Source: Gemmatimonadales bacterium
GTDB lineage: Bacteria > Gemmatimonadota > Gemmatimonadetes > Gemmatimonadales > GWC2-71-9
Length of the DNA stretch: 64,000 nt
NCBI GenBank assembly: GCA_040877595.1
Contig: JBBDNM010000053.1
Location: 6,560-70,559, forward strand
Direction of reading: 5' to 3'
Shown: positions 25,936 through 34,985 of the stretch, piece after piece
Layout: every line of letters starts with the position of its first letter
How positions within the stretch are numbered: the first letter of the stretch is position 1
The notes under the pieces: generated by a model
Told to the model about the DNA's origin: nothing
The model's database searches: none
Seen by the model: the letters and a program-made list of their open reading frames with translations, nothing else
Program-made: the position numbers and the translations under genes

Positions 25936-26481
25936 ATGCTGACGGTATTCCTGGCCGCTCTTGCGGCTGCTCAGGGCGGCGGGTTCAGCTCGCCGTTCGA
26001 GGTGAACTTCGGCCTGTTCTTCTGGACCTGGGTCGTGTTCATCATCCTGTTCTTTGCGCTCAAGCGGTTTGCGTGGCCGGCCATTCTCCAGGCCACCGAG
26101 GCGCGCGAGCGGAAAATTGCGCAGCAGTTGGCCGAAGCGGAGCAGGCCGCCGTTGAGGCCAAGGCCGCCCTGGAAGAGCATCGCAAGTTGCTGCAGGGAG
26201 CGCGCCAGGAAGCCGTCCAGCTGGTGCAGGACGCCCGCGCGGTGGGTGAGAAGGAACGCGAGGGCTTGTTGGCCAAGGCACGCGCCGAGCAGGAGCAGTT
26301 GATCGAGCGGGCCAAGCGGGAAATTGCGACGGAGCGGGACCGGGCCATCGCAGACCTGCGCAAGGAAGCGGTCGAGATCTCGTTGGCCGCCGCCTCGCGT
26401 CTGATCGAGCAGCGGCTCACCGCTGACGCCGATCGCAAGATTGTCACCGAGTATCTCGCCTCGATCGGGAAGGGCGCGTGA
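25936..26481 (+). CDS. atpF: F-type ATP synthase Fo subunit b
   Basis: N-terminal TM (FWTWVVFIILFFAL) followed by a long charged coiled coil rich in A/E/R/K. Operon position fits. Confidence 0.85.
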   Translation: MLTVFLAALAAAQGGGFSSPFEVNFGLFFWTWVVFIILFFALKRFAWPAILQATEARERKIAQQLAEAEQAAVEAKAALEEHRKLLQGARQEAVQLVQDARAVGEKEREGLLAKARAEQEQLIERAKREIATERDRAIADLRKEAVEISLAAASRLIEQRLTADADRKIVTEYLASIGKGA

Positions 26482-27014
26482 GAGAAGGCACGATCGCCCG
26501 GAACTACGCCGGGGCGCTGTACGAGCTCGGGGAGCGCGACGGCGGCACGGAAGCGTACGCCAACGTGCTTGAGGTGCTGGCCGGTGTCATTGCCGTGGAT
26601 CCGACCGTGCGCCTGATGCTCGAGTCGCCGCGGGTCCCGAAAGAGACCAAGGCCGACCTGCTGGCGCGCGCGCTGACCGGTCGCACGTCCGAGGTGCTCA
26701 TCAAGTTTCTCCGGGCCGTCGTGAAGCGCGGCCGCCAGAACCTGCTGGGGGTGATCAGCCGGGAATACAGCGCGCTGGTGGACATCAAGTTCAACCGCGT
26801 CCACGCCGGCGTCACGATGGCGCGCGTGCCCGATGCGACGCTCCAGAACGCGGTGCGTGAAGCGCTCACCAATGCCATTGGCAAGGAAGTCATCCCGCAC
26901 TTCCGCGAGGACCCGACCATTCTCGGCGGCGTGCTGGTCCGGGTGGACGACCGCATCATGGACGGCTCGGTGCGGCGACGGTTGGCCCGGCTCCGGAGAC
27001 AGATGCTCTCTTGA
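26478..27014 (+). CDS. atpH: F-type ATP synthase F1 subunit delta (OSCP)
   Basis: ARNYAGALYELG N-terminus and C-terminal ILGGVLVRVDDRIMDGSVRRRL, typical of OSCP. GTGA overlap with atpF. Confidence 0.85.
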   Translation: MREGTIARNYAGALYELGERDGGTEAYANVLEVLAGVIAVDPTVRLMLESPRVPKETKADLLARALTGRTSEVLIKFLRAVVKRGRQNLLGVISREYSALVDIKFNRVHAGVTMARVPDATLQNAVREALTNAIGKEVIPHFREDPTILGGVLVRVDDRIMDGSVRRRLARLRRQMLS

Positions 27015-27886
27015 TCGGGTTCATCGGGCTCGGTGCCATCGGCACGCCGATGGCGAAGCATGTCGCGCAGGCGTTTCCCACCACAGTCTGGAATCGCACC
27101 ACCGCCAAAGCCACGGCGTTTGCCGCGGCGCACGGCGCCACGGCGGCGCCGGATGTCGCGTCCCTCGTGGCCGCCTGCGATATCGTGATCACGTGTCTGC
27201 CCGTTTCGTCGGATGTCGCGAGCGTGATCGCCTCGGCGGGCACGGCGTGGCATGCGGGCCAACTGCTGGTGGACTGCACGTCAGGCGATCCGGCCGGCTC
27301 CCGCGCGAATGCCGCCACGCTCGCCACCTTCGGTGTGGGATTTGTGGATGCGCCGGTCTCGGGCGGTGTGGGTGGCGCGGAGCAGGGGACGCTCACCGTC
27401 ATGCTTGGTGGGGAGGAACCGTGGATCACCAGGGCACGTGCCGTCGTAGCGCCCTTTGCGGCCAAGGTGGTGCATGTGGGCCCGGTAGGGTGTGGCCACG
27501 CCCTCAAGGCGGTCAACAACGCCCTGCTGGCCCTCAACGTGATTGCGGCCGGGGAAGGACTCGCTGCGCTGGTCAAGCTGGGGGTGCCCGCCGCCCAGGC
27601 CGTTGAGGTGATCAATGCGTCGAGTGGCCGGTCGAATGTCACCGAGAATCTGATCCCCGAACGCGTGCTCACCGGCGCGTGGCCCCGCACGTTTTCACTC
27701 GCGTTGCTTGACAAGGATGTGGGTGTGGCGCTTGACGTGTTGGCCGATGCCGGGGTTGATTCGGAGCTGTACCCGGCGTTGAAACAGGCGTTGGCCGAGG
27801 CACGGAAGGCATTGGATCCCGGTGCCGATCACGTCGAGGCCATCCGCGTGATCGAACAGCGCAGCGGCACGACTATCCGACGGTAG
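27011..27886 (+). CDS. NAD(P)-dependent beta-hydroxyacid dehydrogenase (3-hydroxyisobutyrate dehydrogenase family)
   Basis: [16 protein letters not shown] Rossmann motif, DAPVSGG, and [11 protein letters not shown] family motifs. TTG start in a TTGA overlap with the atpH stop. Confidence 0.85.
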   Translation: MIGFIGLGAIGTPMAKHVAQAFPTTVWNRTTAKATAFAAAHGATAAPDVASLVAACDIVITCLPVSSDVASVIASAGTAWHAGQLLVDCTSGDPAGSRANAATLATFGVGFVDAPVSGGVGGAEQGTLTVMLGGEEPWITRARAVVAPFAAKVVHVGPVGCGHALKAVNNALLALNVIAAGEGLAALVKLGVPAAQAVEVINASSGRSNVTENLIPERVLTGAWPRTFSLALLDKDVGVALDVLADAGVDSELYPALKQALAEARKALDPGADHVEAIRVIEQRSGTTIRR

Positions 27887-29216
27887 CGGTCTCCACGCGG
27901 TTGCGGCCGTTCTGCTTCGCGCGATAGAGCGCGCGATCCGCGGCCGCCACGAGGTCTTCGGGGCGGTCGGTCAATTCGGGCTTGAGCGTGGCGACACCGA
28001 TACTGATGGTCACCGGGCCGGTCCCGCGCGCGTTCACGATGCCCAGCCCTTCGACGCTCTTGCGTAGTGCTTCGGCCACGCCCCGCGCGCCGTCCACGGT
28101 GGTGCGTGGCAAGACAATGGCAAACTCCTCGCCTCCATAACGGGCCACGAAGTCGGCCGGTCGCGCCACGGCATCCTCGAGCGCGGCCGCGATGCGCTGC
28201 AAGCACACATCGCCGGCCTGGTGACCGTAGGCGTCGTTGTACGGCTTGAAGTGATCAATGTCGGCCATGAGCAGGGCGATCTCGTCATGTTCACGCTGGC
28301 CACGGCGCCACTCGTCATCCATGCGCTGGTCGAACGCGCGCCGGTTGGCGATGCCGGTCAGCGCGTCCTGCGTCGAGATGGCTTTCAGGCGTTCCCACGC
28401 GTCGGCGCGCAGGCGTTGTTCCCGAGCCAGCTGCCGGAGCGCCGGACCGAACATGCCGAACCCGATGACCAGAAGCACCGCCACCATCCCGGCAAGCATC
28501 ACGCGCGTCGCGCGTTCCGCGCGCGCAATGGACGCGTCAGCTTCGGCGGTTAGGCGGTCTACCAGGGCGTTGAGGGTGGCCGATGGGCCCCCGCCGGCCG
28601 CGTTGATGACGATGCGTACGGGCCGCGCGCCGCGCGTGAGAAGGCTGTCGGCGCCGCCCGCCACGTCGCGCAGGGCCTCCAGATACAAGTGAATGTTCCG
28701 ATCGAGCTGCAGCGGGTCCTCGAAGAACGCCCGTTGCTGCTCGGAGGTAAGCTGCGCCTCGTGCACGTAGGCGTTGTGCCACGTGTCCACGGAATCGACA
28801 ATGGCGAGCAGGCGGTGTCGCAGCGAGTCGCGCTGGAGCGGTGCCGCATCGAGCAGTTCGTGGGTCACCACGGCGGCCTGTTGCACCAGCACGCGTTGCC
28901 GAGCGGCGCGCTCAATCAGTTCGGCGCGGTCCTGGGCCCGGGACATCAGCACCCGCGTGGCCACGTATTCGCCGCCCGCGATCATGGCGACCAGGGCGAG
29001 GGCGCCAAGAAATCGGTAGCGCAGGGTCGCCGGGGACGGCCCCGGCGGCAGGTCGGGTATCGGGTCGGAGCGACGGTTCAGAAGCTGAACCCCGCAGCCA
29101 CGTTGATATGGTTGGCCAGGCGGCGCCCGACCGGAATCGGGTAGTCCGTGGTGATCCGGCGGAACGTCAGCGCGAGGACCATCGGCGCCGGTCGCCAATG
29201 CACGTGGGCTTCCCAT
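27873..29216 (-). CDS. Membrane-anchored diguanylate cyclase (GGDEF); start uncertain
   Basis: [17 protein letters not shown] motif, [16 protein letters not shown], and an N-terminal TM/helical sensor region. The canonical ATG 29216 overlaps the porin gene by 139 nt. CTG 29081 sits in a CTGA overlap (see findings). Confidence 0.85.
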   Translation of the reverse strand: MGSPRALATGADGPRADVPPDHHGLPDSGRAPPGQPYQRGCGVQLLNRRSDPIPDLPPGPSPATLRYRFLGALALVAMIAGGEYVATRVLMSRAQDRAELIERAARQRVLVQQAAVVTHELLDAAPLQRDSLRHRLLAIVDSVDTWHNAYVHEAQLTSEQQRAFFEDPLQLDRNIHLYLEALRDVAGGADSLLTRGARPVRIVINAAGGGPSATLNALVDRLTAEADASIARAERATRVMLAGMVAVLLVIGFGMFGPALRQLAREQRLRADAWERLKAISTQDALTGIANRRAFDQRMDDEWRRGQREHDEIALLMADIDHFKPYNDAYGHQAGDVCLQRIAAALEDAVARPADFVARYGGEEFAIVLPRTTVDGARGVAEALRKSVEGLGIVNARGTGPVTISIGVATLKPELTDRPEDLVAAADRALYRAKQNGRNRVETATVG

Positions 29217-30322
29217 GTCCTGTTGTGGAGCCGGCCCGTGGCCGGGTCCACGTCCGCATCGTCCGGGTCGTCAAACCCGATGCCGCCACCCCACTCCCAG
29301 GCGGGCGCCGGGAAAAGATTCAACTGGGCCCACCCGCCGCGGGTACGCACCGGAATGTCGCCGGGTCCGAGGGTCTGGCCCGCGCCGCCACCGCCCAGTA
29401 CACCCAGCGCCTGGCCGGCAAACGCCTCGCCCCGCAGCTCGAGGAAGCGTCCAAACCGCATTCGAGCCGAGCCGGCCACGGCGCTGGAGACCAGGGAGGA
29501 ATCCTCGCTCACCGCGATCCAGCCGTAGTGTCCTCCAAGACTGATCTCGCCCTCGGAGTTGCCCATCCAGCGCACCAGCGTGCGGCCTTGCACGAACGGG
29601 CGTCCGGTGCGCTCGGCGCGGTCGGGCTGCGTGAGGAACGTGCCCTGCGCGCTGCCATCGGTGGGCGCGATCGCAGCCACTTCGAGTCCCACGTGTACCC
29701 GGTCACCGGCGCCGAGCCCGGCGCGCACCTGTGGCAGCCACAGCCAGAGGTTGCCGGCCAGCGTGAACTCCGGTAGTCCGTCGGCGGCGAGGGAGGACGG
29801 GTTCAGCTCCAGGATGGGCGGCGCGTCCTGGCCCACCATGATCCAGGCGTTGGTCCATGCCAGGTCGGCGCGCAGGCGGCGCAACCGCGCGAGCGGGAAG
29901 TACCGCGAACCGGCCAGCTGGCCGCCAAAGAAGTCAAGATCGACCTCACCGGTGAACGCCGCGCCGAGCACGTCGGGATGCGCGGCGAGCAGCGCGATGC
30001 GGGTCTGGCGGGCGGTTGCCCCGGCATGCGGTACCGGCAGACCGCCCGGCGGGTCGGGCGGAACGACGACCTGGGGTGTCTCACTGGTGTTGACCTTCGC
30101 GTTGTTGAAGAACGCGTTGACCAGCACCGTCCCCGTGAGTTGGAGCTGCAGGCCGCTCCGGCTGGTGACGGCTTGGCCGGCCTGCTCAGCCAGCTGTTGT
30201 TGTAGAATTGCCACCACGGCTTCGAGCCGGCGGACGCGGTCGGCCAGCACCGAATCCGGCTCCTGGGCGCCAAGTGTTGCGGCGCACAGTGGGAACCAGG
30301 CCAACAGGTATCTGTACCTCAC
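29078..30322 (-). CDS. Outer-membrane beta-barrel porin-like protein with N-terminal coiled coil
   Basis: Signal peptide [20 protein letters not shown] from GTG 30322. Coiled segment ([19 protein letters not shown]). Alternating barrel-like strands with terminal AAGFSF. Confidence 0.6.
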   Translation of the reverse strand: MRYRYLLAWFPLCAATLGAQEPDSVLADRVRRLEAVVAILQQQLAEQAGQAVTSRSGLQLQLTGTVLVNAFFNNAKVNTSETPQVVVPPDPPGGLPVPHAGATARQTRIALLAAHPDVLGAAFTGEVDLDFFGGQLAGSRYFPLARLRRLRADLAWTNAWIMVGQDAPPILELNPSSLAADGLPEFTLAGNLWLWLPQVRAGLGAGDRVHVGLEVAAIAPTDGSAQGTFLTQPDRAERTGRPFVQGRTLVRWMGNSEGEISLGGHYGWIAVSEDSSLVSSAVAGSARMRFGRFLELRGEAFAGQALGVLGGGGAGQTLGPGDIPVRTRGGWAQLNLFPAPAWEWGGGIGFDDPDDADVDPATGRLHNRTWEAHVHWRPAPMVLALTFRRITTDYPIPVGRRLANHINVAAGFSF

Positions 30323-30386
30323 GTGGGACCTCGCATTGCCATTTGACGCCCTCTGGGGCTCAACGGTAACCTTGCCGGAGATATCC

Positions 30387-31064
30387 ATGCTACTCCCTTG
30401 GCGATTTGTGGCCGTAATGGCCGTCACATCGGTTGGCCTGCCCCTCACGGCCCAGCAACCCGTGCGCGGCTCAGTCGTGGTGCTCGACCGCGACCAGCGG
30501 CCGGCCCGCGATGTGGACGAAGCGGTCGTCTGGCTGGTACGGGAACGTGCTGCGCGTGCCGCCAGGCCCGACACAGCGGAGATCCTCACGCGGCGCCGGG
30601 AGTTCGTGCCGCGGGTAGCCGTTGTCACGCCGGGGAGCGCCGTGCGTTTTCCCAACCACGACAGCTTCAATCACAACGTCTTTTCGCTTTCCGAGGAGGC
30701 GCCGTTCGACCTGGGTCTGTACGGCCGCAACGAAGTCCGGGCGACGGCCTTTACCCGACCGGGTGTCATTCGCGTGTACTGCAATGTGCATGCGACCATG
30801 AGCGCGTTTGTCGTGGTCGTGCCGGAGCAACTCTTCGCGCGCCCTGCCGCCGATGGCAGTTTCAGTATCGTTAATGTACCGCCGGGCCGGTACACCCTGC
30901 GAGCGTGGCACGAACGCGCGGCGCAGGTCATTGAGCGCGAGATCACGGTCACGGCGCAGGGCACCGATCTTGTGGCCCTCACCCTTGATGCGAGTGGTTT
31001 CCGTCCCGAACCCCACCTGAACAAGTATGGCCAGCCGTATCGCGCGGCAGGCCGACGGTACTAG
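30387..31064 (+). CDS. Secreted cupredoxin-like protein with C-terminal carboxypeptidase-regulatory-like beta-sandwich (often annotated 'methylamine utilization protein')
   Basis: Signal peptide MLLPWRFVAVMAVTSVGLPLTAQQ. FPNHDSFNHNVF ... VYCNVHATM (His ... Cys-x2-His-x2-Met). DGSFSIVNVPPGRYTLRAW motif. Confidence 0.6.
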   Translation: MLLPWRFVAVMAVTSVGLPLTAQQPVRGSVVVLDRDQRPARDVDEAVVWLVRERAARAARPDTAEILTRRREFVPRVAVVTPGSAVRFPNHDSFNHNVFSLSEEAPFDLGLYGRNEVRATAFTRPGVIRVYCNVHATMSAFVVVVPEQLFARPAADGSFSIVNVPPGRYTLRAWHERAAQVIEREITVTAQGTDLVALTLDASGFRPEPHLNKYGQPYRAAGRRY

Positions 31065-31065
31065 C

Positions 31066-33081
31066 ATGCGCATCGGCCTCGGTGCCAGAATCTTCCTTGC
31101 CACCACGTTGATTGTTGTTGTCGTGCTCGGTGGAGCGCTGCTCCTCACCGGACGGCAGGCGGGACGCGCCGCGGACCAGTCACTGATTGCCGCACTGGAG
31201 GCCGCCGGATCGTCGGTGCGGGACGCCTTGCAGGCGCGGGAAGACCGCCTGCGGCAGGTCACCGCGACGATCGCGCGCGTGCCTGCCAACGTTTCGTATG
31301 TCGAAACGGCCGTGCGCCAGGGCGATCGCTCGTCCCTCGTGGGGCAGGCACAAGAGTTTGCCGATCAGATCGGGGCCGACTGGGTGCTGATCACCGATGC
31401 TGACGGCATCCTCCAGGCCTCGACGCTCGACCCCAACGCCGAAGGCGAACCACTCGGCGAGGGTGCCTTGATCGGTATTCCGCTCAGCGAAGGGCGTAGC
31501 GCTGACGGCCTGTGGATCGAGGTAGGACCCGACGGCGCCGACATGCCGTACCAGGCAGTGGCGGTCCCGTTGCTGGCGCCCGGCGGAACCGCCCTCTACG
31601 GCGTGATTGTCGCGGCAATTGCCATTGATGAGGGTGTGGCGCAGGTGCTCAAGGAAAACACCGCCGCCGAGATTCTCTTCTTTACGCTGGACACGCTTGG
31701 TGTTGCGCGGCCGGTGGTGAGTACACGCCCCGAGCAGGCGGTGGACTCGGTGCTGGCGTCGTTCGGCGCGGACAGCCTGTTCACGGCGATGGGCTATACG
31801 TGGCTGTCGGCGCCGGTGGCCGGCGATCGCCTGGTAGGCGCCGTTGGTCCGCTCCTCTCGGCCGCGGACGAGCCCCTGGGCGGCTTCGTGGCCATGCGCT
31901 CGCGCGCCGCGGAGATGGCCACATTCAGCCTCCTGCGCCAGACATTGTTCATCGCCTTTGGCGCGGGGCTTGTGCTGGCGCTGGTGGCCTCGTTCATCTT
32001 GGCGCGCACGGTCACCCGGCCGGTGCGCGCGCTGGTGGATGTCACGCGCCGCGTGCGCGAAGGGCAGTTCTCGGGGGACATCCCGACCGGCGGCAAGGAC
32101 GAAGTGGGCGAACTCGCGACGGCGTTCCAGGCCATGGTGCAGGAACTGCGCGACAAGCAGGCGCTGGTGGACTACTTGAGCCAGGCGGGTGGCGCGACGG
32201 TCCAGCTCGCAACCCCCGACCAAGGCACGATGTCGAGCCGGCTCGATGTGGGGGGCGTGTTCGCCGGGCGCTACGAGATCACGAAGGTGCTGGGACGGGG
32301 CGGTATGGGCGTGGTGTACCGTGCGCGTGACCGCGAGCTCGACGAGGTGGTGGCCATCAAGACCCTGCTGCCCGAGGCGCTGGATCCCACCGGTACGTCC
32401 CTCGAGCGGTTCAAGCAGGAAGTCCGGCTGGCCCGGCGCATCTCGCACCGGAACGTCGTCCGCCTGCACGACTTCGGCGAAGTGGATGGGACGTACTACA
32501 TCACCATGGAGTACGTCGAAGGCACCAATCTCAAGGATCTGATCCGCCGTCGCGGGCGCTTGCCCGTGGGCGCGGCCCTGGCGATTGGCAAGCAGTTGTG
32601 CCGCGCACTCGAAGTGGCGCATGACGAGGGGGTCATCCATCGCGATATCAAGCCGCAGAACATCGCGGTGGACCCAGGCGGCGTGGTGAAGGTGATGGAC
32701 TTCGGGATTGCGCGGTTGGCCAAGGCGCCCGCCGTGGGTGAGGGTCTTACCGCCATGGGGATGACCGTGGGCACACCCGAGTACATGGCGCCCGAGCAAC
32801 TGATGGGCGACGAAGTGGACGCGCGGGCGGACCTGTATGCGGCAGGCGTCGTGCTGTTTGAGTGTGTGACCGGTCGCATGGTGTTCGAAGCGACCAGCTT
32901 GCCCGCGCTGGTGGCCAAGCACCTGGAGGAGGCGCCGACCGACCCGCGTTCCCTCAATCCCGCAGTGCCCGAAGCTCTGGCGCAGATCATCCTCCGTGCC
33001 CTGGCCAAGGATCGTGCAACGCGCTGGCCGTCGGCCACCGAGCTGGCGCTGGCGCTCGACGCGCTGGGGCGGGACTCCTGA
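31066..33081 (+). CDS. Sensor Ser/Thr protein kinase: periplasmic sensor domain - TM - HAMP - C-terminal kinase
   Basis: TM1 IFLATTLIVVVVLGGALLL, about 260-aa extracytoplasmic region, TM2 LFIAFGAGLVLALVASFIL. HAMP (RPVRALVDVTRRVREGQFSGDIP...ELATAFQAMVQEL). Kinase motifs GRGGMGVVY, VAIKTL, HRDIKPQNI, DFGIAR, GTPEYMAPE. Confidence 0.85.
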   Translation: MRIGLGARIFLATTLIVVVVLGGALLLTGRQAGRAADQSLIAALEAAGSSVRDALQAREDRLRQVTATIARVPANVSYVETAVRQGDRSSLVGQAQEFADQIGADWVLITDADGILQASTLDPNAEGEPLGEGALIGIPLSEGRSADGLWIEVGPDGADMPYQAVAVPLLAPGGTALYGVIVAAIAIDEGVAQVLKENTAAEILFFTLDTLGVARPVVSTRPEQAVDSVLASFGADSLFTAMGYTWLSAPVAGDRLVGAVGPLLSAADEPLGGFVAMRSRAAEMATFSLLRQTLFIAFGAGLVLALVASFILARTVTRPVRALVDVTRRVREGQFSGDIPTGGKDEVGELATAFQAMVQELRDKQALVDYLSQAGGATVQLATPDQGTMSSRLDVGGVFAGRYEITKVLGRGGMGVVYRARDRELDEVVAIKTLLPEALDPTGTSLERFKQEVRLARRISHRNVVRLHDFGEVDGTYYITMEYVEGTNLKDLIRRRGRLPVGAALAIGKQLCRALEVAHDEGVIHRDIKPQNIAVDPGGVVKVMDFGIARLAKAPAVGEGLTAMGMTVGTPEYMAPEQLMGDEVDARADLYAAGVVLFECVTGRMVFEATSLPALVAKHLEEAPTDPRSLNPAVPEALAQIILRALAKDRATRWPSATELALALDALGRDS

Positions 33082-33650
33082 TGCTCGGCGACGGCGACCG
33101 CCGGGCCTTCTTCCGCGACACGCTGGGCCGCGCCGCCCGCGCGCTGGCGGAACACGCCGAGCAGCGGGTGGTCTCGCAGCACTACTTCCGGCCGCCTGGC
33201 GCGGTGGCGGAAGTCGCGTTCCTGACCCTGTGCACGCGGTGCGGCGAATGCGAGCGGGTCTGCCCGCCCCAGGCGCTGGTGCCGTTGCCTCCATCGGCGG
33301 GGCTCGCGGCTGGCACGCCGACGTTTGACCCCAAGGTGCAACCCTGCACGGTCTGTGACGATATTCCGTGTGCCCGCGTGTGCCCCACCGGCGCGTTGGT
33401 GGTGCCGTCCAAGGGGTGGGACGGCTACCGGATGGCGACGCTCACCTTGGTCTCCGAAACGTGTATCGTGTTTCACGGAGTCGCGTGTGGCGTCTGCGCG
33501 CGGGTCTGCCCGGTGGGCGACGAGGCGCTGAGCCTGGATGACGAAGGCCGTCCAGTGATCAAGATGGAAGGCTGTGTGGGATGCGGTGTGTGCGTGCGGG
33601 CGTGCGTGTCGTCGCCGCGATCCCTGATCCTTGAACCGTTGGAGAGTTGA
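33081..33650 (+). CDS. Tat-exported 4x[4Fe-4S] ferredoxin-type protein (MauM/NapG-like)
   Basis: Twin-arginine motif DRRAFFRD. Four cluster motifs CTRCGECERVCP, CTVCDDIPCARVCP, C..ACGVCARVCP and CVGCGVCVRAC. 1-nt TGATG overlap with the kinase. Confidence 0.8.
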   Translation: MLGDGDRRAFFRDTLGRAARALAEHAEQRVVSQHYFRPPGAVAEVAFLTLCTRCGECERVCPPQALVPLPPSAGLAAGTPTFDPKVQPCTVCDDIPCARVCPTGALVVPSKGWDGYRMATLTLVSETCIVFHGVACGVCARVCPVGDEALSLDDEGRPVIKMEGCVGCGVCVRACVSSPRSLILEPLES

Positions 33651-34001
33651 ATGCCGGACGTTCCGTACACCGTAGAGAAACCGTGGGGCCACGAGTTGAT
33701 CTGGGCCCGCACGGACCGCTACGTAGGGAAGATCCTCCATATCGAACCCGGACACGTGTTGAGCCTGCAGTATCACAACAAGAAGGACGAGACCATCCAC
33801 GTCCTCAAGGGCGAGATCATCTTCCGCGTGAAAGTGGGCGACGAGCTCACGGAGCGCCAGATGCACGAGGGCGAGAGCTATCACATCACGCCGCTCACCG
33901 TGCACCAGATGGAGGCGGTCGTGGCGTCGGATCTCATGGAAGTCTCCACGCCGGAGATTGATGACGTGGTGCGGCTGCAGGACCGCTACGGGCGGACCTG
34001 A
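33651..34001 (+). CDS. Cupin-domain protein (type II phosphomannose-isomerase-like)
   Basis: KPWGHELIWA...LSLQYHNKKDETIHVLKGE...HQMEA cupin motifs. 116 aa. Abuts both neighbours with 0-nt gaps. Confidence 0.75.
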   Translation: MPDVPYTVEKPWGHELIWARTDRYVGKILHIEPGHVLSLQYHNKKDETIHVLKGEIIFRVKVGDELTERQMHEGESYHITPLTVHQMEAVVASDLMEVSTPEIDDVVRLQDRYGRT

Positions 34002-34985
34002 GTGAAAGTCATCATTCCACTGGCGGGGAAGGGCACGCGCCTCCTTCCCCTCACGCGTCACGTCCCCAAACCATTGCTCAAGGTGGCCGGCCGGCCCGTG
34101 CTCGATTGGGTGATGGACAGCCTGAGCCCGCTCGACCTGGACGAACTCATCTTCATCACGGGGCACCTCAAGGAAGACGTCGAAGCGCATGTCCGCCACC
34201 GCTACGACATCCCGTCGCGCTTTGTGGAGCAAAAGGTGCAGGACGGTACTGCGGGCGCCGTGGCGCTCGCGCGCGACTACGTCGACGGACCGGTATTGAT
34301 CGTGTTTGTGGACACGTTGTTCGATGCGGACCTGACGCTGGTCAACCGGCTGGACGCTGACGGCATCATCTGGGCCAAGGAAGTGGAGGACTACCAGCGG
34401 TTTGGCGTGGTGGTGACAGACGAGCAGGGCTACATGCGCCGCATCGTGGAAAAGCCCAGTGAGCCTGTTTCGAAGCTCGCCAATATCGGATTGTACTACA
34501 TCCGGGACTGGCAGACGCTCTATGCCGGCATTGCCGACACCATGGCCCGTCCGCAACAGAAGGGCGAGTGGTATCTCACCGACGCGTTCCAGTACATGAT
34601 TGATCAGGGCCGCCGCATCTATACGGCGGAAGTGGCGGGCTGGTACGACTGCGGCAAGGTGGAGACGGTGCTCGCCACCAACCAGCACCTGCTCGAGCAC
34701 GGGCACGCGCGCCGGCCGGCCGCCGTCCCGGACGGGGTCACCATCGTCGATCCGGTTCACATCGAGGATGGCGTCAGCCTGAGCCGGTGCCAGATCGGGC
34801 CGAACGTGACGATCGAAGCCGGTGCGACGATCGACTGTGCCACGGTGGCGCACACGATCGTGGGCGCCGGCGCCACCGTACATTACGGCAACGTGGTGGG
34901 CTCCCTGATAGGGGACGGTGTGGTGGTCAGGGGCGACCTGACGGGCATGGTGGTGACGCGGGACGAGGCGGCGAAAGCGCGTTAG
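34002..34985 (+). CDS. Sugar-phosphate nucleotidyltransferase with C-terminal left-handed beta-helix
   Basis: IIPLAGKGTRLLPLTRHVPKPLLKVAGRP signature. Hexapeptide-like repeats at the C-terminus. GTG start. Confidence 0.85.
   Translation: MKVIIPLAGKGTRLLPLTRHVPKPLLKVAGRPVLDWVMDSLSPLDLDELIFITGHLKEDVEAHVRHRYDIPSRFVEQKVQDGTAGAVALARDYVDGPVLIVFVDTLFDADLTLVNRLDADGIIWAKEVEDYQRFGVVVTDEQGYMRRIVEKPSEPVSKLANIGLYYIRDWQTLYAGIADTMARPQQKGEWYLTDAFQYMIDQGRRIYTAEVAGWYDCGKVETVLATNQHLLEHGHARRPAAVPDGVTIVDPVHIEDGVSLSRCQIGPNVTIEAGATIDCATVAHTIVGAGATVHYGNVVGSLIGDGVVVRGDLTGMVVTRDEAAKAR

Noticed and set aside
29559-30386. The 501-aa form of the ORF 29559-31064
   Set aside because: The first ~275 codons are antisense to the porin gene and look non-protein-like. 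A signal peptide and the conserved domains begin at ATG 30387, so only 30387-31064 is called.
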